From NCBI GenBank assembly GCA_002189035.1, contig NEEC01000002.1:1860001-1924000 (forward strand): a stretch of DNA of 64,000 bases. Direction: 5' to 3'. The stretch comes from Utricularia gibba. Its lineage: Eukaryota > Plantae > Magnoliophyta. Below, in pieces: positions 1-11,562 of this stretch. Both the position numbers and the translations under genes were made by a program. The first letter of the stretch is position 1; each line of letters starts with the position of its first letter. A model generated the notes under the pieces. That model had not been told where the DNA came from, made no database searches, and worked only from the letters and a program-made list of their open reading frames with translations.

Positions 1-3000
1 AGTGTGGTGTCCTAACAAGCAGATTGGTCCCTACGCTCTACAGCTGAGAGGCGTGTAGTCATCCATCTTTGCAAAGTCTATGACTTGCATACCAGCATTC
101 AGACAGTTTATGAGGGACATGGAGAGGCGTTGAGAGCTCATCTCCTGTGTCTATCATTGGATTTGATCCGTAGGTTTAGAGTGTAATAACATAGGATTAA
201 GTGTCAATCAATGATCAATGATTCGATCTCAAGTAGCACCAAGTGTGTGTTCCATTCGATTCCCTTCATTTCTTTATTGCATCTTGTTCATTCTTTAGAA
301 TAGAGTACACGAGGAGAGTGGAGAACACTTTAAAAAGCTAGGTCAATATTCCAAGAGAAGAAAGAGTAACTTTTCCAAGTATATCATTGAAAATGCTAAA
401 ATCAATCAATTATTTTTACTTATGGTACCCTCACAGAACAAAGAAACTTGGGTAAACCCTAATAATCAAATCATGGATTCGGGTTCGACCCGGAACCAGG
501 AATACCCAGATGGTTCCCGGGTTCAAGCAAGGTGTATGCTATCCTAAACATTCTGTATGAGCATTGAAACTCAAGGATCCATAGCCTTTCCACCATGACT
601 CAACGCTCCAGATGGATGCATGGAATAATACAATAGGGGAAGGTGTACGTCATTGGTCCCTTTCTACTTGTATTAAAAAAAAAAAAAGAAAGTTTTTTTT
701 TTTTTTGGTTTTTGAGAAAGTTGGGCGCTCCAATGATCATCCTCGTTGTTTTGGGATGCTAAGAGTAGGCTGTCGTCTAGGGTTTGCAGAGTAGTCTGTA
801 GGCTTTTAGGGCTATGCATACATAAAGGCAGCGTTGTAAGCATACATGGTATGAAGACATGGCAGACATGGCTGGATCTGCACCAGACAAACCTAACGGA
901 AAGCATTGCAAATCCCGAGGCTCTTTCACCTGCTTTGCAAACTGGAGCCTAACAAGGTGAAAACTACACATCTATCTCATCACACATCCCCATGATCCCC
1001 CATCTCTAACCAGAACCCCATCAGATCGCGACATCCGCAGCTAACTCTGTTGAGCTTCTCACAGAGATCGTGCCCCTTTTTAGAAGGAATGGTGCAGCAG
1101 CATATAGAGAAGCTCCTGCCATGCGCAGCAGCAGAACCGTGAGTAGACTTTAGAGATGGACATGAAGCTCATCTGGGGTTGGAGTCCTGATGTGTTCGTT
1201 TTGCCTAATGGGATGATGAATTTGCTATAACCCAAAACATAACTTGAGGTTTGAGATACAATTCTAACTTATTTCGAAAGAGAACCATCTCATATTATTG
1301 TTCAAAATTTCGGTTTTTGGTGTGAATTTCGCCAAAGTTTGAAGATTGATATAGAAGCGAGTGCTATGTGTTGATGGTATTCAAAATATTTTTACTATTT
1401 AAGAGAAGGTAAGGTTTTACAATTAATTGGTTTGATATGTATGGGTGTAGTACTGTGAAGATGCTGCTACTCAAAAAAGGAGTGTGGCAGCCCTACAACA
1501 GCCTGGTCTATCATACAGTGAGGCTCTTTCCCATTGCCATTTCCCACTAGCTTTTCTTCTCACATTAAAGAATTCTGTTCTGTCACAACGTTGCAACATG
1601 GAAAAAGATGTATCCCCAGCTCCAAGCTACTATTCCACTTGCTCCTTGCTGGTTTAATTCACCACTAGCCTTTTCTCTTTATAGAAATTCATTCATTGAA
1701 TGCACATGACATCAATATTCAAATTGTGAGCACCCCTCCTTTCTACTGATTCAATGGTTCGCCAGGCAGGCACCTGCCGACGTCGGTGTACACAGGGACT
1801 CCGATGAGAATGCCTTTGATCCCTATGCATCAGGATCAACGGGATTGCTATTGCTATTCAACCTGAGATGCTCGTTTCCAGGGCATGTGGCATTGGTTTT
1901 CTTCATCTGGTACACTGCAGACACCCCGGTTTCGCTGATGCAGTAGATTAGATGGCAAATGAAGAAAGTGGCGAGGTGGGGAGGTTGGTTGTGATGATAA
2001 AAGAGATTGAATGAATACGTGAGTGCTAATTGAATAGTCCCTCCCCACCCTAGAGACACAACAGACAAATCAGCAGCGCATTTATAAGTATAGGCTCTCA
2101 GGTCTAGGAGCCGATTCACTGCATTGCAGAATCAATGACCACCCCCTCGGACCAGCGAGGAGCCACCCGGCCGCCTCTCTTATGGATACTTCAATTCTGG
2201 TTTCCTTCCTCTTAACGGGTTGACATTTCCCACAAAAAACCCATCTCTCTACCTGCATTCTCAAAGAATAGCAGCAGTAAGGATGCCCCAGGCTGAATCA
2301 CCAACATTCAGACCACAATTTAGTAGAAAATCAATACGAGTGATCGTATGAAGGTACAATCATGTCAATGTTGAAAGCCCATCACAGTAAAAGTTCGTTA
2401 GAATTGAAAGTAGAGCAGAGCAGTAGAGGGATCTGCGAGCCGAGACAGACAGGAGGGCGAACACAAGACAAGCTCCTGTCCTGTCAAGGAAGCTGCTGCC
2501 TTCGGGATCAGGGTTATCTTTTCTTCTCTGATGCATGCAGTCAGTCACGGCTCACGGGAAAGAGCCTCTGCGCCCTTCATTGGGAGGATGACTTCCATCA
2601 TTTATTTTATAAAAAAGAATCGAAATTATCTGATCGATTATATTACAATAAATACTGAACAATTTATGGCAATAAAATATAACTATAGCAATTGATTTGT
2701 GCAAGTTATGTTTTTTTATAATATGGACCATTCATATTGTAAGGTCATCCATGTACATAAATTTATTGAGATTCAAATTTTATATTAATCCGCGTTTATT
2801 TGTTACTCGATATGTCATTTGATATAAATCCATTAATCTCTGTAAATTTTCCTAATCGAAAATAAATCAATAAAGATTGTATGAGAATTCATGTTAATGA
2901 AACAAGATTATGAAACACGAACGATTTTTGTTTTAAAAAATATATGAATTTTAAAATATCTTTTGTTATTTTTTAAGTTTTGTATAAATCGAATTTTATT

Positions 3001-3457
3001 TTATTAAAATATTTTACTAAAAATCAATTTATGAAAAAACCGAACCAGACAAACACTAACATGTTGTCCTTTTTCACGTTATTACTGTCGTGTAGTTACC
3101 ATTAACCATGGCGTTGGACTTCACATCAGAGGGGGTAACGCATGTGCTATTTTCAATATAAATAAATACCAAGGCTTATGAAAGTATTTGGTGCAATATT
3201 CTTGTATTTTTATTTAACATTAAATTGTATTTTTTGTGATTTAAATATTCCGTAAACACAACCACACAAGAATGAATGAATTGCTGATCTGCCCCTCTGA
3301 GTCATTAAATTGCACAGAAAAAAGAAATTGATTAAAAAAAAAAAGTGAGCCCTTCTCTCCATAGGGTGCAGGTGGCGGGGACTGCCAAGTTTTTGTCGGT
3401 CCCCTGGTTTATTGTTGAGGTCGGTCCCCCACTCTTTACATTTTGCAATTTTGCCCC

Positions 3458-3528
3458 AGCCCAGCAGTCCAGATCCGTCACTGCTATGACTGGGCTGGAG
3501 AGCCCAATAACTGAAACGGGCCTGGGCT
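3458..3528. promoter_or_regulatory. Cluster of four site II (TGGGCY) motifs upstream of GARS
   Basis: AGCCCA at 3458 and 3501, TGGGCT at 3491 and 3523. This is a typical TATA-less housekeeping promoter arrangement. Confidence 0.5.
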
Positions 3529-3856
3529 TGCTGTATCAGCACTTCACGTAAGGGATCCAATGGGTCTTTTTCGCAAGCTTCAGGGTAACCCTCCAGTTCT
3601 GGTGCCGGCGACCGGAGCGGCGGTACACTTCAGGAGCTTCGAGGAGGTTTTTCGCTCTTTTCGGGCCCCAATTTCATAAGGACAATTTATATTTCTTGGG
3701 TACTGTATTTGGGGGTAATTTGCTCTCCTTTACGTTTCTAAGTCCTGAAAAATGTATGCTCTTAATTTGTTCCATCAGTTCATCAAAGACGCTATTTTAG
3801 CTCCCTTCAACTATTTTTGTTTTTTAATGGTTTTGTAATTGCCAGAGCCAGAAGCC

Positions 3857-5938
3857 ATGGAATGGACCTTGTCACAAAGTTTTGGTGGTATTCATTCCGT
3901 TCCATTAGGCTACCGTAGTCATCTTGTCAATGCATCAACCAAGGTTCCCAACTATTGCAGTTTTCATGCTGGGCGCGTCAGTTGGGCGGCGGCGGGTTTC
4001 TCGGATTCTGACTTTTGTAGAGTTAAACGTCCTTTTGGATTTAGAAGTCGCGCTTTTGGGCGACCTTGCTCACATACTTTGATTTGCCAGAGTTCGAGCA
4101 GCGGGACGCTTCCTCCCAATGGTGATTATGTTATTTCGGTTCTGTAGTCAACTGCTACATGACGCAACTTCTTCATGATTGAGAGTATTTGAATCTGCTG
4201 CCATTTTGGTCTTTTTGGCTTGATGAAGCAACTTTCGATCATGAATATCACCCTTGATAAATTTTCTCTATGTTTGAAGAAATACGCACCTGTTAGCTTT
4301 GAAACCTGTAGTTCCATTGAGCAACACAATCATTTAGTTATTTCAATCTATAGTTTGGTGATATTGCTATTTTATTGGTTCATATTCTTTGCTTCTGATA
4401 CTGTAGCAAAGAGAGTGGTGGTGTTAGTTATTGGAGGAGGTGGGAGGGAGCACGCATTGTGTTATGCCCTTAAACGGTCCCCATCTTGTGAATCTGTGTT
4501 TTGTGCTCCTGGAAATGCCGGAATTTCAGAGTCTGGTGATGCAACATGTGTCGAAGGCCTTGATATTTTTGATAGTGCATCTGTTGTAGCGTTTTGCCGT
4601 AAGATGGGAGTGGATTTGGTTGTAATAGGCCCCGAAGCTCCTCTTGTAGCTGGTCTTTCAAATGATCTTACTTCGGCTGGGATTCTTGCATTTGGCCCTT
4701 CATCAGAGGCTGCTTCGCTTGAATCTTCAAAAGGGTTCATGAAAGTTTTGTGCGAAAAATATGGCATTCCAACTGCTAAGGTGCACGCATTGCTTTGATC
4801 TTCTATGGATGCTTCTTTGATGCCTTTTTTTCTTCTTTATTTTATTTACTTCTTTTCGTTTTTCAATGTTCAGTACAAGACTTTTACTGATCCAGCAGCT
4901 GCTAAAGCTTATATCAAAGAGCAAGGTGCTCCAATTGTTGTTAAAGCAGATGGCTTAGCGGCAGGGAAAGGAGTCATTGTAGCTATGACTGTAGAAGAGG
5001 CATGTGATGCTGTTGATGCAATGCTTGTGAAAAAGATTTTCGGTTCCGCAGGTTGTCGTGTCATCGTGGAGGAATATCTTGAGGGTGAAGAAGCATCATT
5101 TTTTGCTATAGTAGATGGAAAAAATGCCATAGCTCTCGAGTCTGCCCAGGATCATAAACGAGTTGGTGATGGTGACACCGGTCCCAACACAGGCGGTATG
5201 GGAGCATATTCACCTGCTCCAATTGTGACTAAGGAACTGGAATCTGTCATCATGGAATCCATTATTTTCCCCACAGTCAAAGGAATGGCTAATGAGGGAT
5301 GCAAATTTGTTGGGGTTCTTTATGCAGGCCTCATGATTGAGAAAAAGTCTGGTTTGCCAAAGCTGATCGAGTACAATGTACGTTTTGGCGACCCGGAGTG
5401 CCAGGTCAGTGGAATCTCTGTGATCTTGATGCACTTGAGATTGCTTATTGATTACTTCATGAGGGCATATACATCAATGTGCGTTCTAGATGGAAAAGAA
5501 CAGTTCAGAACAGCGTTCTTGTAGGTGTTGATGGCCCGTTTGGATTCTGACCTCATCGAAATTATGCTGGCAACATGCAAGGGTGAGCTGCATGACGTTT
5601 CCTTATCCTGGTCACCTGGCTCAGCCATGGTGGTGGTCATGGCGAGCGATGGCTACCCTGGAAACTATAGAAAGGGGACAGTTATCAAACATTTGAGAGA
5701 AGCAGAGAATGTTGCACCAGATGTAAAGATCTTCCATGCTAGCACTGCTCTTGACGGCAACAAAAACTTTGTTGCAACCGGTGGCCGTGTTCTTGGTGTC
5801 ACAGCGAAAGGCAGCAACCTTGAAGAGGCACGCAGTAGAGCTTACAAGGCCGTGGAGCAGATTGACTGGCCGGAAGGATTCTACCGGCGGGACATCGGGT
5901 GGAGGGCTTTGGAGAGAAGACAACAGGTTGAGTTTTGA
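3857..5938 (+). CDS. PUR2: Phosphoribosylamine--glycine ligase (GAR synthetase), plastid-targeted
   Basis: Exons 3857-4121, 4407-4780, 4874-5404, 5525-5938, all GT-AG. Motifs [62 protein letters not shown] and GGRVLGVTA. Exon 1 resembles a transit peptide. Confidence 0.96.
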
Positions 5939-6080
5939 GGGCAGAATGGATGGTATCCTTTCCTTTGCCTCCATAATTTTTCAATTTTTCCCATTAGTTT
6001 TGGATCCAAAACAATGTATTCAGATTTCAGAACAGGTATTAATTAAAGATTGTTAGCAAAGGAGAACAGTTTCGAGGTTG

Positions 6081-7754
6081 CTATACGTTGCGGCTGGTGC
6101 TAGGGAGATGGAGCCCCTCCGCATCCTCGGGGAAGTACCTTCTCCAGAACCAGTGCTTCTTCCAGAGCTTGTTCACCTCCTCGATCGGCACCCCCTTCGT
6201 CTCCGGCAGGAAGAAATACACGAACGCCGTCATCACCACGACCCACCCGCGAAGAAGAAGAACAACCCAAACTTCATGCCGCACAGCATCGACAGGAAGA
6301 GCTGCCCGATCACGAACGTCAGCAGCATGTTCAACGACACGTTGATGGATTGGCCCGGCGATCGGATCTCCAGCGGATGAATTTCGCTCGGCACGAGCCA
6401 TCCCAACGGCCCCATGACCATGCGAATGCAGCTACGTAGAAGCAGATGAGGACCAGTGCAAGGTCTCCGGTGCTCTTGGAGAAGGACCCTTCTCCGTTAA
6501 CCCCGAACACCGAGCCTGTCAGGATTCCGACCGCCAGTTGGCACAGGATCATCTGGATTCCACCTTCCAGGAAGAGGAGCCGCCTCCCGAACCTATCGAC
6601 GACGATGATGGACACGATGGTCGCGAAGACGTTCACTAGGCCGGACACGACGGCCGACATTAGGGCCGCATCGTCCCCGAATCCGAGCGTTTTGAATAGC
6701 ACCGGAGCGTAGAACATGATCACGTTGATGCCGGTGAGTTGCTGGAAGATGGGGATCAAGCTGGTGATCACAAGTTGGGGCCTGTACCTCTGCTCCATCA
6801 CTGTCCTCCATAGGTTCGTGACTTGTTTCGAGACCTCGCTAGCTTCGACCATGTCGTCGAACTCGGCGTCGACATTCGTCGTGCCGCGGATCTTTTGCAG
6901 TACTTCCCGGGCATTCTCCCTTTCACCTCGATCGATCATCGAGCTGGGAGTATCGGGGAGGAGAACAGAGCCGATTGTCATGATCAATGCCGGTACGGCA
7001 GCTAGCCCGAGAGAAACTCTCCATCCATTGCTCTTCATGGTTGCTGTTCCGTAGTTCACCAAGTTAGCCGCGAAGATGCCGATTGTGGTAGCCATTTGGA
7101 AACCAATGTTCATCGCCCCTCTCAACTTCGCCGGAGCCATTTCCGAAAGGTACACAGGGACGGACTGATTGCCGTAACCGATGCCGACGCCGAGCAGAAG
7201 TCGGCCAATGATCAGCATTGCCACGTTCACCGCCGCTCCGTTTATAATGGCTCCGACTAGGAACACCGATCCTCCGGTCGCCATCGACACTTTCCGGCCG
7301 AACCGCTTCGTCGTGGCGGATGCGAGGAATGACGCGAAGAGGGCTGCTAGGTAAAGCGATGAAGTGAAGAGTGTCAGCATGTGGTTCTCGAATTTGCAGT
7401 ATTGGCTTTCATGACCAGATGCATTCTTCTCCTTCGCATACACCGACGGGAAGAACTTCTTCAAGAAGTCGTCCATGGACGTCACCCCACCTGCAATATA
7501 ATCGCTTATTCATCAATACCGAGGAATTCCCACTAGTCACAAGTCATCAGCGCATGCTAGAACAATCTCGCGCGCCTCAAGCCAAGGGAGACAAGACGGA
7601 TCACAGAAAAACACGTACCAGAAATACCGATATCGTAGCCGAATATGAGACCCCCGCTCGCAGCGACGATGCAGGTGATGATGACGAACCCGGTGACATG
7701 CCCTTCGTACATCTTGCCGGAGCCATCTCCGGCCACAACTCCCCCGACACCCAT
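6081..7754 (-). CDS. STP: Sugar transport protein (STP family, MFS hexose/H+ symporter) with two apparent homopolymer frameshifts
   Basis: Exon 1 7754-7619 (136 nt, ...[12 protein letters not shown]), exon 2 7490-6081. Motifs [68 protein letters not shown] and [12 protein letters not shown]. One G is missing at 6410-6413 and at 6246-6248. Confidence 0.9.
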
Positions 7755-9011
7755 TTCGGTTTCGTCTATTTACCAGTAAATTAGCGAACAAGATCGAGTC
7801 TTTTGTTCCTCTCTTGACAAACTAAGTGTTTCCTTATGTTACAGTCTCTGAAACAACGGTACTTATAGAAACAGGGGCGAGCCTGATGTAATGGATAGGC
7901 GTGAAGCTGTGGAGAAAATAGCGGAATGCGGTCCATTTTCCTCCCTGTTTCAATGGCTATTGTTCTAAAACATTGTAACCACACAAACTCCCGAGTTCTT
8001 GCAAGAAATCCACCCCAAAAATGTAGAATGAGGTGTCTGACAATCCCATCCCACATCCACGGGGTGACAACAAATAATAAAACCAGGACGAAAAGAGGAG
8101 CATCGGCCTCCTTTCGCAGACGAGCAAAGCAAGATCTGCACAATAAAATCTAAAAATACAGATGATGGCGGACGTGAATGTCCCAGTAACTCAATAGCTG
8201 AACCCCAAATGAAGTATTTGAGCCGAAGATGCCATCCCAATGTCGTGTTTCAACAACATTGATTCATATCCATCCTACATCGTCTTTGAGCCTCACAAAT
8301 GATTGAGTTTATGTTAACAAAACCTTGCCATGCGTGCATAGGAGGACTCGAAGTAAGAACATGATGTATCATGATATTTGATAGTAAAGTCAAATCCAAA
8401 CGTGATGAGACAAACCTCGACAAGAATGATGTGATTAGGAACATTAAAACTGTATCATACATAGATTACGAAGAAAGAAATAGGTGAATCTTTCTAATAT
8501 ACTATGATATGTATTTTTTCAAAAATAAATAACGTAAAATCATAAAAATTTGATGTTATAAACCGACAATATCCTATGGGGTGAATCCTGAGTAACTATT
8601 TGGGAGAGCGGCCTGAGGTCTGAGATCGCCCTTTTGTAGTACACCATCCGCCTCCGGCTCTACGGGATTTCCACTCCCGTTTTAGAAGGGTGATAAATTT
8701 CAGGCCGTCCGCATATATTTGTCAAAGCAGTCACGGTTCGCAACTCCTGCGCTGCCTGATCCAGTAGTTTCAAAACGGGATCTTTGAAGCCAATTTTAAA
8801 TGAGGCAAAAATCATATTTGAATTTATTTATTTGTTTTTAGAGATATATTTAAATACAATATTTTAGAATAATAAATGAAGTGCATCAATGATTGGGGTT
8901 GAAATGGGAATAAGTTATTTGTAATTACGTCCCCATTGTGGCAATTAGGTAAAAACCAGAAAGATAGCTCGGGTATTCGCCCAGTCAAAGTTTCATTTTC
9001 TTGTTTCAACG

Positions 9012-9974
9012 ATGGCTTCGAGCGGAGTCTCGGTGGCGGAGGGCGGTCCGCGGATGTACTTTTGTCATCAATGTGAACGCACGGTCACTATTACCCCTTC
9101 TCCCGGCGGAGATGTTCTCTGTCCTTCCTGTAACTCGGGTTTTGTTGAGGAGTTTCTAGACGATACCCCAAACCCTTACCCTTCTTCATCTGCAATACCG
9201 CTTCCGCTTTCCGCCGACCCGATTTCATTCTTCCTTTCCCAATTCCTGCTTCCCCATGGGAATCCAATGGTTGAGCCTCGTTCAGCTCCTGCGGCTGATC
9301 CCCACCTGGGGCAGCAAGGCGATTTTGATCCTGTTTCTTATTTGGTGAATCTTCTTGCTAGTCGCCGCGCTAGTGGGGTTGATTATCAATTCGTATTCGA
9401 CGACGGTGCCACGGCTTCCGGGTCTTCTTTTCCAGGTAATATTGGGGACTATTTTGTTGGGCCTGGATTCGAGCAATTGATACAGCAGTTAGCTGAGAAT
9501 GATCCGAATCGTTACGGCACCCCACCTGCTTCCAAAAGCGCTGTTGAGGCTCTTCCGAATGTGAATGTTGACGACGAATTGCTGAAATCGGAACTGGCGC
9601 AGTGTGCTGTGTGTAAAGACGATTTCGAGTTTGGAACAGTTGTAAAGCAGATGCCTTGCAAGCATGCTTATCATAATGATTGCATTATTCCGTGGCTTGA
9701 GATGCATAATAGTTGTCCCGTGTGCCGTTTCGAGCTTCCCACCGACGATCCAGATTATGAGAACAGGGGAGAATCTAGCAGGGGTGGACTTTCGGTAGTG
9801 AATGACAGTTCCAGTTATGGTGATAATTCTACTTCTGGGCGTCCAGACAGGCAAAGGGTAGTGCAAAGGAGGTTTACTATAACATTACCCTGGATGTTTG
9901 GAGGCTTTGCCTCAGGATCAGGACCAGATTCAAGTAATGAGTCAGCGGGGCACAGTAATCGGGAGCAGAATTAA
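9012..9974 (+). CDS. E3 ubiquitin ligase RING1-like (N-terminal zinc ribbon plus RING-H2)
   Basis: Intronless 320 aa ORF. YFCHQC...CPSCNSGFVEE zinc ribbon, FEQLIQQLAENDPNRYGTPPASK motif, and CAVCKDDF...MPCKHAYHNDCIIPWLEMHNSCPVCR RING-H2. Confidence 0.93.
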   Translation: MASSGVSVAEGGPRMYFCHQCERTVTITPSPGGDVLCPSCNSGFVEEFLDDTPNPYPSSSAIPLPLSADPISFFLSQFLLPHGNPMVEPRSAPAADPHLGQQGDFDPVSYLVNLLASRRASGVDYQFVFDDGATASGSSFPGNIGDYFVGPGFEQLIQQLAENDPNRYGTPPASKSAVEALPNVNVDDELLKSELAQCAVCKDDFEFGTVVKQMPCKHAYHNDCIIPWLEMHNSCPVCRFELPTDDPDYENRGESSRGGLSVVNDSSSYGDNSTSGRPDRQRVVQRRFTITLPWMFGGFASGSGPDSSNESAGHSNREQN

Positions 9975-11562
9975 GTGTCTTACGGTAATTAAATCTTTCC
10001 TATCCATATTGTAGGCTAGGATGTATCTTTGCTTTCTGAATGGCTGTTGTGCATCATGGGGATTCAAATATATGGCTGAGCATATCTCAAGATAGCTTTT
10101 TTTTTTGCTCTATTAACATATGCAGTCGGTGTAGCTTGCTCTATATGTATAATTCGATTCATTGGTTTGAACGCACAATCTAACATGAATCGTTACAGTA
10201 TGAGTTCACGACTGGTGCAACTTAGACATACGAACATTATTCCTGAACAATGGCTTTTGAAGTTTGTGAACAGAACCCTTTGTCATCTTTCCTTTCGAGT
10301 GGTGGTATGTATTATGTGCTCTAAACATTCCATTGTATGGTAATTTTGTTCTGTTGAGAATTTCATACTTTACACTATCAGAAGGCGCCTTCTAGGAAGC
10401 TGTGAAGCCACTTATGGCTTCCCAGTATCCTGCTATGCCGAAATTTGAATGAGATGGCTAGATTTTCCCCATGATATTTTCCGATCCCGGACTTCCCTCC
10501 AAAATTGTTCTGTTCGCATTGGTTGCGCTATTTTGTGAATATCCTCGCGATCTTAGGTGCTGGTTGAAGACAACACTATGCCTTTGTTTTTTCTATATAA
10601 ATGTCATGCACTCTGCATATTTCAAACATGGGATGTTCATTTGCTCTCATTTCTTGCTAATATTGGTTCCTTTGCTTCTCTTCCTTGATACTAGAGAGGT
10701 TCAATGGAAATTCCAAGGATACTGGAGAAATCGGTGTCCGTCTGATGTCAGGTAAAGGATAATACATTCGTGAAAAGAGGAATCTTGACACATTGTTAAC
10801 TCGGGACCTGGTCCATCAATTCACTTTTCCAGTTTTCCCACCCTTTGGTAACTGAACTACTGCAGGTGGATGCATTTGCTTCTATGCTTTTATGAACTTG
10901 TTTAGTTACTTGTATATCACTTACGTGATGTCAAAACCAGTTGCACACATGCTTTCGCGTTGAGGATAGAGTTGCTTTGTTTGCAAAATCCTTATAGTTG
11001 ATGGCCTTGGCCTTTTCTCCACAATGATTTTCCAGCTTGTATTATCACATATTTAAACAAAAAATTAATATTGGAGAGTATCAATTTTTTAACACATGCA
11101 TGAGCAAATTTTTAGATCATTTGGTATTATTAGGATCACTTGTGGGTTATTTCAGGACTAAATGGATAATTTTTTAATTTTAGGTGATTAATTCTATATT
11201 AAGTAAATCAATGTATTTGAACCGTTTATGTTCATCATTATTATTATGACACATACATTTATTGTAATATGATTATATCATATTAATAATATCATATAGA
11301 GTATGTTTTTACTTAGTACCATTTATTATCGTCACTATATCCAATGTATTCTTATTAATACTATTATTTAATTTATTAAAAAATAACTAATTTAATAATC
11401 TGCATATAATATAAATAAAGTAGTGGTTTTTTAGCGCCAAAAAAGGAAGTCGTGGCTTTATTCGTATTCCGAAACTACCCTTGGAAAGCCTAGGGATTTA
11501 CTATTTTTTCTCTAAATAAAAATGTACTGCCAAGTGTTCGCACCTCGACATTGACAAAAAAA

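Noticed and set aside
1815-1842. TTGATCC..GGATCAA hairpin superficially like miR393
   Set aside because: Only a few bases match the mature miR393, and the stem is 7 bp with no extended precursor.
6081-7754. Calling STP, PTPA, the KH gene and the clade A AHL pseudogenes
   Set aside because: All lesions are single-base homopolymer shortfalls with intact motifs and no nonsense codons, so assembly error is more parsimonious.
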